Positions 10,558 through 22,500 of a stretch of DNA of 64,000 nt are shown here, piece after piece. A program made the translations under genes and the position numbers. The notes beneath the pieces are model-generated. The model worked only from the letters and a program-made list of their open reading frames with translations, was not told the DNA's origin and searched no databases. How positions within the stretch are numbered: the first letter of the stretch is position 1; every line of letters begins with the position of its first letter. Location: positions 1 through 64,000 of the forward strand of contig NIVC01002162.1 in NCBI GenBank assembly GCA_002269645.1, given 5' to 3'. This stretch comes from Macrostomum lignano. Lineage: Eukaryota.

Positions 10558-13500
10558 TTATGTTTTGCCAACAGCGTAAGCCGGTATGGGTTGCTGCGGA
10601 AGCACAGAGTGGGATCGGGTTATAACCATTGTGCATATTTGGCGTGTATTTTAATTAATTAAGTACAGTTCTATTTCATTAGTAATCTCCCTTTAGACTT
10701 TTGCTCTTGTATTAGCTCCTTCCTAATCTCCCCGGCCTCTCTTAAACTCACCTTTCCGCCTCTCTAATCTCTCCTCTCGGCCTCTGTATCTCCCTCTCGG
10801 CCTCTGTATCTCCCTCTTGGCCTCTGTATCTCCCTCTCGGCCTCTGTATCTCCCTCTCGGCCTCTGTATCTCCCTCTCGGCCTCTGTATCTCCCTCTCGG
10901 CCTCTGTATCTCCCTCTCGGCCTCTGTATCTCCCTCTCGGCCTCTGTATCTCCCTCTCGGCCTCTGTATCTCCCTCTCGGCCTCTGTATCTCCCTCTCGG
11001 CCTCTGTATCTCCCTCTCGGCCTCTGTATCTCCCTCTCGGCCTCTGTATCTCCCTCTCGGCCTCTGTATCTCCCTCTCGGCCTCTGTATCTCCCTCTTGG
11101 CCTCTGTATCTCCATCTTGGCCTCTGTATCTCCCTCTCGGCCTCTGTATCTCCCTCTCGGCCTCTGTATCTCCCTCTCGGCCTCTGTATCTCCCTCTTGG
11201 CCTCTGTATCTCCCTCTCGGCCTCTGTATCTCCCTCTCGGCCTCTGTATCTCCCTCTCGGCCTCTGTATCTCCCTCTCGGCCTCTGTATCTCCCTCTCGG
11301 CCTCTGTATCTCCCTATCGGCCTCTGTATCTCCCTCTTGGCCTCTGTATCTCCCTCTTGGCCTCTGTATCTCCCTCTCGGCCTCTGTATCTCCCTCTCGG
11401 CCTCTGTATCTCCCTCTCGGCCTCTGTATCTCCCTCTTGGCCTCTGTATCTCCCTCTCGGCCTCTGTATCTCCCTCTCGGCCTCTGTATCTCCCTCTTGG
11501 CCTCTCCAATCCCTTCTTTTGGCCTCACTAATCTCCCCTCTCGGCTTCTCTAATCTCCCCTCTCGGCTTCTCTAATCTCCCCTTTCGGCTTCTCTAATCT
11601 CCCCTCTCGGCTTCCTTAATTCTCTCTCACGGCCTCTCTAATCTTCTCTTCCGGCCTCTCTAATCTCCTCTTTCAGCCTCTAATCTTCTCTTCCAGCATC
11701 TCTAATCTCTTCTCCCGGCCTCTCTAATCTCCCCTCTCGGCTTCCTTAATTCTCTCTCACGGTCTCTCCAATCTCCTTTACCGGCCTCTATAATCTCTCC
11801 TCTCGGCTCCTCTAATCTCTTCTCCCGGCCTCTCTAATCTCACCTCTCGGCTTCTCTAATCTCCCCTCTCGGCTCTTCTAATATCTTCTCCCGGGCTCTT
11901 TAATCTCATATCTCGCACTCTCTAATCTCTTCCGGCCCCTCTAATCTCCCTAACAGAACTAACAACAGAACTCACCGTCTGCAACTGGAAGTTATCATAC
12001 ACATCGATGAGCTCTTGCATAGAATATTCGGCCAGCACAGTGAAACCCTGCAATTCCGGTTGAATCTTCCTGGCGCAGTCTAGGCAGTGGCAGACGAATT
12101 TCTTGTTCTGCTCCATGACGAACAGAATGTTGAACAATTCGATCTAGGGAGAATGTGAAAGATCATCTTGCTTATTGATCCTCATATTAGTGCACAAATC
12201 CACTGACCACACAAACATGAGTAAAACCTCATTTCCCACACCACCCATTATTATCCTACACCATCAATACCACCATTCCCCTTACCATCATTAGCACTCC
12301 ATTCCCCACACCATCAATACCACCATTCCCCTTACCATCATTAGCACTCCATTCCCCACACCATCAATACCACCATTCCCCTTACCATCATTAGCACTCC
12401 ATTCCCCACACCATCAATACCACCATTCCCCTTACCATCATTAGCACTCCATTCCCCACACCATCAATACCACCATTCCCCTTACCATCATTAGCACTCC
12501 ATTCCCCACACCATCAATACCACCCCCATTCCGCACACCATCAATACCACCCCAATCCCCACAACATCAATACCACCCCAATCCCCACACCATCAACACC
12601 ACCCCAACCCCCACAATCAATACCACCCTATTACCCACACCATCAACACTACCCCATTCGCCACACCATCAATACCACCCCATTCCCCACACTATTAATA
12701 CCACCCCAGTCCCCACACCATCAATACCACCCCATTCCCCACACCATCAATACCACCCCATTTCCCACACCATCAATACCACCCCATTTCCCACACCATT
12801 AATACCACCCCAATCCCCACACCATCAACACCACCCCAACCCCCACAATCAATACCACCCTATTACCCACACCATCAACACTACCCCATTCGCCACACCA
12901 TCAATACCACCCCATTCCCCACACTATTAATACCACCCCAGTCCCCACACCATCAATACCACCCCATTCGCCACACCATTAATACCACCGTAATTCCCAC
13001 ACCATCAATACCACCCCATTCGCCACACCATTAATACCACCGTAATTCCCACACCATCAATACCACCCCATTCGCCACACCATTAATACCACCCCAATCC
13101 CACACCATCAATACCACCCCCTTCCCCACAAGATCAATACCACCCCAATCCCACACCATTAATACCACCCCAATCCCACACCATCAATAGCACCCCATTC
13201 CCCACAAGATCAATACCACCCCAATCCCACACCATAATTACCACCCCATTCGTCGCACTCACATCGCAGACGTTGCAATACTGCGTATCCTCATCCGGCT
13301 TTCGGCCGTGCCATTTCACTTCGAGCCGGAGGTGCTGCACAAACTCGATAGTCATATAGCAGTACACAAGCGATCGTTGCAGCGTGTGCTTGATCAACTC
13401 GAACAGACTCTGGTCGGACAGTTTCAAATTCCTGGCCAGCATCCAGCTCAGATGAATCATTGGCACTATAGATTTGAAATTGTTTAATTTGTTAAACTCG

Positions 13501-16500
13501 TAGCGCTCCCTAGCCAGCATGTACTGCTTGGCGGTTAGCGGGCCAACGTTCCACGCGATGTTGTTGCACCAGCCGATTGCTTGCACCTGTTGCATTCGGA
13601 TAGTGTTGTTGACTGGTAATCATCTGCAATCTCACCCCTGAGATAATGGACCTGCAGTCTCACCTCTGAGATAATGGATCTGCTATCTCACCCCTGAGAT
13701 AATGGATCTACAATATCACCCCTGAGATAATGGATCTACAATCTCACCCCTGAGATAATGGATCTGCAATCTCACCCCTGAGATAATGGATCTACAATCT
13801 CACCCCTGAGATAATGGATCTACAATCTCACCCCTGAGATAATGGATCTGCAATCTCACCCCTGAGATAATGGATCTACAATCTCACCCCTGAGATAATG
13901 GATCTACAATATCACCCCTGAGATAATGGATCTGCAATCTCACCCCTGAGATAATGGATCTGCAATCTCACCCCTGAGATAATGGATCTACAATCTCACC
14001 CCTGAGATAATGGATCTACAATCTCACCCCTGAGATAATGGATCTGCAATCTCACCCCTGAGATAATGGATCTACAATCTCACCCCTGAGATAATGGATC
14101 TACAATCTCACCCCTGAGATAATGGATCTGCAATCTCACCCCTGAGATAATGGATCTACAATCTCACCCCTGAGATAATGGATCTACAATATCACCCCTG
14201 AGATAATGGATCTGCAATCTCACCCCTGAGATAATGGATCTGCAATATCACATCTGAGATAATGGATTTACAATCTTACCCTAGACATAATACATATACA
14301 ATCTCAAACCTGAGTTCATGCATCTACAATATCACCCTTAAGATAATGGATCTGCAGTCTCACCTCTGAGATAATAGATCTACAATCTCACCCCTGAGAT
14401 AATGGATCTACAATCTCACCCCTGAGATAATGGATCTACAATCTCACCCCTGAGATAATGGATCTACAATCTCACCCCTGAGATAATGGATCTGCAATCT
14501 CACCCCTGAGATAATGGATCTACAATCTCACCCCTGAGATAATGGATCTACAATCTCACCCCTGAGATAATGGATCTGCAATCTCACCCCTGAGATAATG
14601 GATCTACAATCTCACCCCTGAGATAATGGATCTACAATATCACCCCTGAGATAATGGATCTGCAATCTCACCCCTGAGATAATGGATCTGCAATATCACA
14701 TCTGAGATAATGGATTTACAATCTTACCCTAGACATAATACATATACAATCTCAAACCTGAGTTCATGCATCTACAATATCACCCTTAAGATAATGGATC
14801 TGCAGTCTCACCTCTGAGATAATAGATCTACAATCTCACCCCTGAGATAATGGATCTACAATATCACCCCTGAGATAATGGATCTGCAATCTCACCCCTG
14901 AGATAATGGATCTGCAATATCACATCTGAGATAATGGATTTACAATCTTACCCTAGACATAATACATATACAATCTCAAACCTGAGTTCATGCATCTACA
15001 ATCTCACCCTTAGGATAATGGATCTGCAGTCTCACCTCTGAGATAATAGATCTACAATCTCACCCCTGAGACTATGAATCTAAAATCTCACCCCTGAGAT
15101 AATAGATCTACAATCACACCTCTGAGATAATAGATCTAAAGTCTCACCCCTGAGAATATTGATTTGTAATCTCACCCCTGTGGCTATAGATCTAAAATCT
15201 CACCCCTGAGATAATGGATCTACGATCTCAATCTGGATCTACAATCTCAATCCTGAGATAATGAATCTACAATCTCACCCCTGAGATAACTGAAATCTCA
15301 GCCAAAGAAATTAAACATGAAAATAAAATTTCACCCTTAAGACGGCGACCCAAAAATGTCACAATGTACAACAGACACTCACCCAGTGCGGTGTGCCGGC
15401 ATTGATCCAGACCAGATCGCCCGGTCGCTGAATAAACCGATATACAGGCACGCCTTCAGCCGCCAGATCAGTGAGGTCAGGCCACCAGCTGCCGTGCAGG
15501 TAGTCGACACCGTGCCGATGGCACAGGTTATGCAAAGCGCCCCAGTACTGCTCTGGCACTGCAAACCATTCACAATCGCCCGGCCCAATGTTGATGTTGA
15601 CGGAGCAGAAGCTGTTGTTCTCTTGATGGCCCGGAGTCCTACTGCCGGGTACCTGTGAGCATGATTTAAATAAGGCAATTTTTTATGACTAATTTTATAA
15701 TTAGGTTCTTTGTTAAACTATTTCTTTCTTAGAAAACTAGACTTTTGTATACGTTTAGATGTGATTGTTCAAGTCTTTGATTTGTACTATTAGTATCATT
15801 TGGTAGGTCTTTGTCTTGAACAGTTGTAGCCTAGTGGTTAGAGCGTCGGACTCAACACTTGAAGGTCGGGGGTTCGATTCCTGATCCCACGGGAACTACT
15901 TCTGTCCTTTGAGTAAGACACTTAAGTCTGCATTGCTTCAGTTCACCCAGCTGTAAAATGGGTGCCAGCATTAGCTGGGGTAATTGAGGGTGTGTGGCGA
16001 CACCCCCCAGTCCTTAAACTGAACAGCCGTACGCAGCCTTCAGATGCGCCTCGCAATAGCTCCGGCTGAGCTGTCGGTTGCACATCTGGCCTAATTCGGG
16101 CAGGTGTAATCAATTTTAATTATCATTACTTGCACAACCATTTGTACTATTGATATTAGTTAAAATGTCTTTAACTAATCTAATCTTTAACTAACTAACT
16201 AACTTATAACTAACTAATCTTTAACTAACTAAAGGTCTTTAACAGATCTGTACTATGAAATATCAGTTGGCAGGTCTTTGTCTTTAACAGTGATTTGTAC
16301 TATTAAATATCAGTTTGCAGGTCTTTGTCTTGAACAATGATTTGTACTATTAAATATCAGTTGGTAGGTCTTTGTCTTGAGCAGTGATTTGTACTATTAA
16401 ATATCAGTTGGCAGGTCTTTGTCTTGAGTAGTGATTTGTACTATTAAATATCAGTTGGTAGGTCTTTGTCTTGAGCAGTGATTTGTACTATTAAATATCA

Positions 16501-19500
16501 GTTGGCAGGTCTTTGTCTTGAGCAGTGATTTGTACTATTAAATATCAGTTGGTAGGTCTTTGTCTTGAGCAGTGATTTGTACTATTAAATATCAGTTGGC
16601 AGGTCTTTGTCTTGAGCAGTGATTTGTACTATTAACTTATCACAAGCGTCAATATACGAACCTTCATGTACAGTTGCACAGTATTCATGCCCAGTATGGT
16701 GTGACCAACATGGCTAAGCATATTGGAAGCCGACACAACTTTAACAAACGTAGGCAGTTTAGTCAGCTCCTGCAACTGCGGCAGCCATTTCTTTTCGTCC
16801 GACAGGTCGCAGTTGGTGCCGAATCTGATCACGCTTGGCGCGCGTTTGGCAGCCGCGGCGGCGTTGGCTGCTGCAGACGCGCCAGCTCCGCCGGCGCCTG
16901 CGGAGGCTGAACTTGAGGCGGCGCCGTTCTGAACAACGAATGGGAGAAGAGAAATCATTATACGCTTAATATAGGTATTATCAGAGCTTCCGCTTAATAT
17001 GGACGATGTGTATGAGCCTGTAGACGAGAAAATCGTTGGCTCCACCTGTTCATTAATCAACACTAGATGGGGGTTATTCTGACTAAAAGACCTGAGTCAA
17101 ATTACTTAATCTCGATAGGGGAATTCATTGATTCTAGATGAGGGAACTCATCGACTCTAGATAGGGCAATTCATTAACTCTAGATGGGGAATTCATTGAC
17201 TCTAGATGGGGGAATTCATTGACTCTAGATGGGGAATTCATGACTCTAGATGGGGAATTCATTGACTCTAGATGGGGAGAACTTATCAACTCTAGATGGG
17301 GAATTCATTGACTCTAGGTTGTGAATTCATCGACTCTAGATGGGGAGAACTTATCAACTCTAGATCGGGAATTCATTGACTCTAGGTTGTGAATTCATCG
17401 ACTCTAGATGGGGAGAACTTATCAACTCTAGATCGGGAATTCATTGACTCTAGGTTGTGAATTCATCGACTCTAGATGGGGAGAACTTATCAACTCTAGA
17501 TGGCGGAATTCATCAACTCTAGATGGGGGAAGTCATTTACTCTAGAAGTCATTTACTCTAGAAGGGGGGGAATTCATCAACTCTAGATGGAGAAGATTTA
17601 TTATTTCCAGATGGGGAACTCATTGACTCTAGATGGGGAACTATTGATTCTAGATGAGGAATTTTTTAACTCTAGATGGGGAATTCACTAGGGAGAATTG
17701 CTTGAAGCTAATTTGGGACATATCTTCAAAAAAGGTTATCACCTGAGCCTGCTGCGAAGAGCCCGACTGTTGCTGCTGCTGCATCTCGCTCTTCTCCTCT
17801 TTCACAGCCTCCTGAAACGATTGGGCCTGATACCGACCGTAGGCGGCAATAGTGGTGTGACCTCTGGGCGACTCGCAAATCCACACTGTTCGTCCTTCGG
17901 CGTCACGATTCACGTCCGGCGGTTGAACTCGTTGAGTACGAACTTCGATACGATGCTCGCCATTTGCTTCGACCAGCGTCTTAGTTGAGAATAGGCTCAA
18001 ATCGAGTCGCAATGCGGCGGCTAAGCCTCGAATAACCGCCACAGGCTGTTGCTTGCAGAATCGCATCAGTTCGGGACTGTGAGCGTCCTTCTTGCTGTCC
18101 AAATAGATTGACGATGTTGGCGGATAGAGCTGGTCTCCGGATAGCGGCGGGTAGGGCGGCGGCGGGGCCGTAGGCGGCGGACTGCCCTCGGGCAGGATAC
18201 AGTTAGTGAAGGTCCAGTTGCGCTGGGCAGCCACTCCGCTCACCTGGGGTGTACGATTGTGTACTGCAGTTGGTCTCTGCATTTTTAAGAAACCTGACGA
18301 CTTCTTGGAATACATAATTGATTGCCTAATTGCCTAATGAACGTAAGCATCAATTGCAATCCCACACAGCAATCCCACACATCAAAAAACTAATCTCACA
18401 GCCCAAGAAACCAACCCCACACCTCGAATAATTAATCCCACACCTCAAAAAACTGATACCACACCTTTAAATAGCTAATCCCACACCTCAAATAACCAAT
18501 CCCACACCCCAAATAACCAACACCACACCTCAAATAACTAATCCCACACCTCAAATAACCAATCCCACACCTCAAATAACCAATCCCACACCTTAAATAA
18601 CCAATCCCACACCCAAAAAAGCAATCCCACACCTCAAATAACCAATCCCACACCTCAAGTAACCAATCCCACACCTCAAGTAACCAATCCCACACCTCAA
18701 TTAATCAATCCCACACCTCAAATAACTAATCCCACACCTCAAGTAACCAATCCCACACCTCAATTAATAAATCCCACACCTGAAATAACCAACCCCACAC
18801 CTCAATTAATAAATCCCACACATCAAATAACCAATCCCACACCCCAAAAAACCAACCACACACCTCAAATAAATAATCCCACACCTCGAAAAACTGATAC
18901 CACACCTTAAATAACTAATCCCACACCTCAAGTAACCAATCCCACACCTTAAGTAACCAATCCCACACCTCAAGTAACCAATCCCACACCTCAAGTAAGC
19001 AATCCCACACCTCAAGTAATCAATCCCACACTTAAAAAAACCAATCCCACACCTCAAATAACAAATCCCACACCTCAAGTAACCAATCCCACACCTCAAG
19101 GACTCTAATCCCACACATGAAATGAACAATAACACGACTGAAAACTCATCCCCACACCCCAGAACCTACCTGCGACAGCAGCAGTCGTGCAGGCGTAGCC
19201 AGAGACACAGACGGCACAGGAGACCGCCTAGGCACAAGATTCCTAGACAGCAGAGCCTCCTTCAGGTTGGCGCCGCCATTCCTATCGCTTTGTCCGCCAT
19301 TGGCTTCCATATTAGAAACTAAATCGGCAGTTAATTTATCCAGCGTGAATTCTGTGTCAACAAAGATGTCATTGACATCCAACAGATCGGTTAGGCTACT
19401 AATAGGCACAGCAGTTGGCGGCTTCTCTTTTCGCTGGGTTAGTTCAGCCGGTATTGGCAAATTCCAAGCCTCTTTCACTGGCGGCAGCAGATGATTACCG

Positions 19501-22500
19501 GATTGTTGCACTTTTTGTTCAATCAGCTTGTCCGGGATGTTGGCTAAATACTCCTGTGTAAGTAGTATGTTCGGAATTTATTTTATTAGATATTTGACTA
19601 GCGCACTAAGCCCCCAAGGGGGGAGCATTCAAATTAATGTTTGACCCAGCACTTTGAAATAAATCGATTTTTTATCGTGGGGTGTTCTGTATTCTTTCTT
19701 ACATATAGCCTTTGGCAGTTAAGTATTTTTCGATACATATAGGCTTCATTTCACTAGTTTTATATTTTTCGATACATATCGGTTTTACTTCTCTAGTTTT
19801 ACATTTTTCGATACATATCTGACTGTATTTCTCTAGTTTTATATTTTTCGATACATATTTGTTTACTTCTCTAGTTTTACATTTTTCGATACATATCTGA
19901 CTGTATTTCTCTAGTTTTATATTATTCGATACATATCGGCTTTTTCTGCAACTTTATTAGTTTTCAATACATATCGGCCAGACGGTTCTCGAAAAAAAGC
20001 AAAGACAGACAGGCAGGCAGAAAGACAAACAGCGTAAGATTTAGTATATAGGTTAGGTACAAGCCGAGATAATCAAGCAAGAAGTCTGACCTGCAGCACA
20101 GTTATTCGCTCCCTCAGCATGGGATTCAACTCGCCGCGTTTGTCAACTTTGGCGGCGCTGGTGTAGCAGGTCAGGGCGTCTCTGTACTGCCCGTTGGACT
20201 CGTACAGGATGCCCAGGTCGGACCAGGCGGCGACGTGGTCCTTGTCTAACTGAACGGCGCATACGTAGGCCTGTTTTATTGAGGAAAGGGAAGTTTAGGG
20301 ATTTAGACTTGTGAATATACTTCTGGAAAGCTTGCAAAGCAACTGGGGATGTGGGAGGCTGGCTCAGCAACTGAGGATCTGGGAGGCTGGCCTCGCAACT
20401 GAGGATGTGGGAGGCTGGCCCAGCAACTGAGGATCTGGGAGGCTGGCCTCGCAACTGAGGATGTGGGAGGCTGGCCCAGCAACTGAGGATGTGGGAGGCT
20501 GGCCCAGCAACTGAGGATCTGGGAGGCTGGCCAAGCAACTGGGGATCTGAGAAGCTGGCCCAGCAACTGAGGCTCTGGGAGGCTGGCCCAGCAACTGAGG
20601 ATCTGGGAGGCTGGCCCAGCAACTGAGGATCTGGGAGGCTGGCCAAGCAACTGGGGATCTGAGAAGCTGGCCCAGCAACTGAGGGTCTGGGAGGCTGGCC
20701 CAGCAACTGAGGGTCTGGGAGGCTGGCCCAGCAACTGACACTCTGGGAGGCTGGCCCAGCAACTGACACTCTGAGAGGCTGGCCCAGCAACTGACACTCT
20801 GAGAGGCTGGCCCAGCAACTGACACTCTGGGAGGCTGGCCCAGCAACAAAGGATCTGTCATGGTATCAGTGTAAATATGCAGATGGCAGCCCCAGAACGC
20901 AGCCAGACACCCAAGCCACAGTCACCTGCAGAGCATCCATAGGCTGGTTCTGCTGCTGGTACAGCACCCCAATGCTGCACCAGGTATCGGCACAGGCCTC
21001 CAGCTTGTCAATACTGGACCGATACGCCATGAAAGCGTCCTGAACTCGACCGAGAGCTGAGAAGCAACGCCCAAGCAGATAATAGGTACCGTGCTCGCGG
21101 TCTAGAGTGAGGGCATTCTGCAGATACTGCACAGCGGTATCGTGATCGCCCAGCTCGGGCTTAGAATGATACAGCCAGCCAAGCTGCAGGTAGCACAGCG
21201 CTTTCAATTCTTTGCTGGTGTCCGGCTTCTCGGCTAGTTGACTGTAGTAGTCCTTGGCGAAGCGGACTTTGTTGCACACCTGCACAATATTAATAAGCAT
21301 GCGGTTTGATGTTGTTGTGCCATAATGCTTTTATAGTTGTCTTCATGGTCATTGGGTCATTAAAAATTTGATCATCGGGTCATTGCTAATTTAATGATTG
21401 GGTCATTGTCAATTTGATTATTGGGTCATTGCCAATTTGGTCATTTGGTCATTGCCAATTTGGTCATTTGGTCATTGCCAAGCTTGATCATTTGGTCATT
21501 GCCAGTTTGATCATTGGGTCATCACAAATTAGATCATTTGGTCATTACTTATTGGTAGTTGGATCATCTGACTCATTTAAGCAACCCCCTAGAGTCAAAA
21601 TGCCAAATGAAAGTAACACCCCGCACTGACCTCGTACAGATGAGCGATATGAAATCTTATTTCAGCGCTAGTCAGAGAACAGGGCGACCGGTCGTACAGC
21701 GCCCGTTTAAAATGCCGCAAGCTTCTCTCAAGATCGGCCCGAAGCTTGTAGATAACGCCCAGGCGAACGTGAATCTCGTTAGCTCTGGAGAATGCAGGCT
21801 CCTGGTACAGCACCCGATGAAAAGCTGATATAGCGCTGTCAAATCTATTAAAATGATAGTGGCACAGGCCTAGGCCGTATAAATAAGCCGAGTTGGTGTC
21901 GGCTCGGGGCTCGCGCTGCTCGTACACCGTATAGGCACTAAATGCCTGCTCCCAGTGCTCTAATAGCAGGTGAAAATGGCCCAGGTAGCAATACAAAGCC
22001 GGCGGCACCGACTGTTCAAAGTGGCGCCTAGCTCGAGCGGCTTCTGATTCAACAACGCCAATATCTGTAGCCTCTTCGTCTGATGCAGCAGCTAATTGTT
22101 CGGATTTTGTTGAATCAAATTTCACCGAATCTTTAGTCTGTTTGGCAAACTCTTCCGCGTCAATAACCGATTGCAATACTAAACTGTCAAGATAGGTGAC
22201 AGCTTTCTGCAGGATTGTGCGCTTGCTGCCGCTGCTGCTGCTGGCTGTTGCTCCTGGAGCAGGCGGCGTGTCGCTAGGGCCGAGTTTGGCAAAACCGAAT
22301 GCTAGGCTGTTTAAAAGAAAACAATGGTTGCTTGTTATTAAATTAAAGTAAATTGTGAATATAATGTTACAAGATATTAACAGGACTTTCAAAACCATTC
22401 ACACTTAGAATTAAACACTAACAGATAACTAGTAGAAAAAACATTATTGACACACTACTTATAAGCAGTCATAAATTCCACATTGACTTGCCTAGCATTT

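Noticed and set aside
10723-11575. Arg/Glu-rich ORFs, and similar ones at 33.4-35.6k and 62.9-63.7k
   Set aside because: Low-complexity GA/CT repeat translations.
15823-15895. Functional tRNA gene
   Set aside because: The anticodon stem is mispaired and there is no acceptor-stem partner or T-run terminator. It continues into a SINE body. The same applies to the head at 25985-26044.
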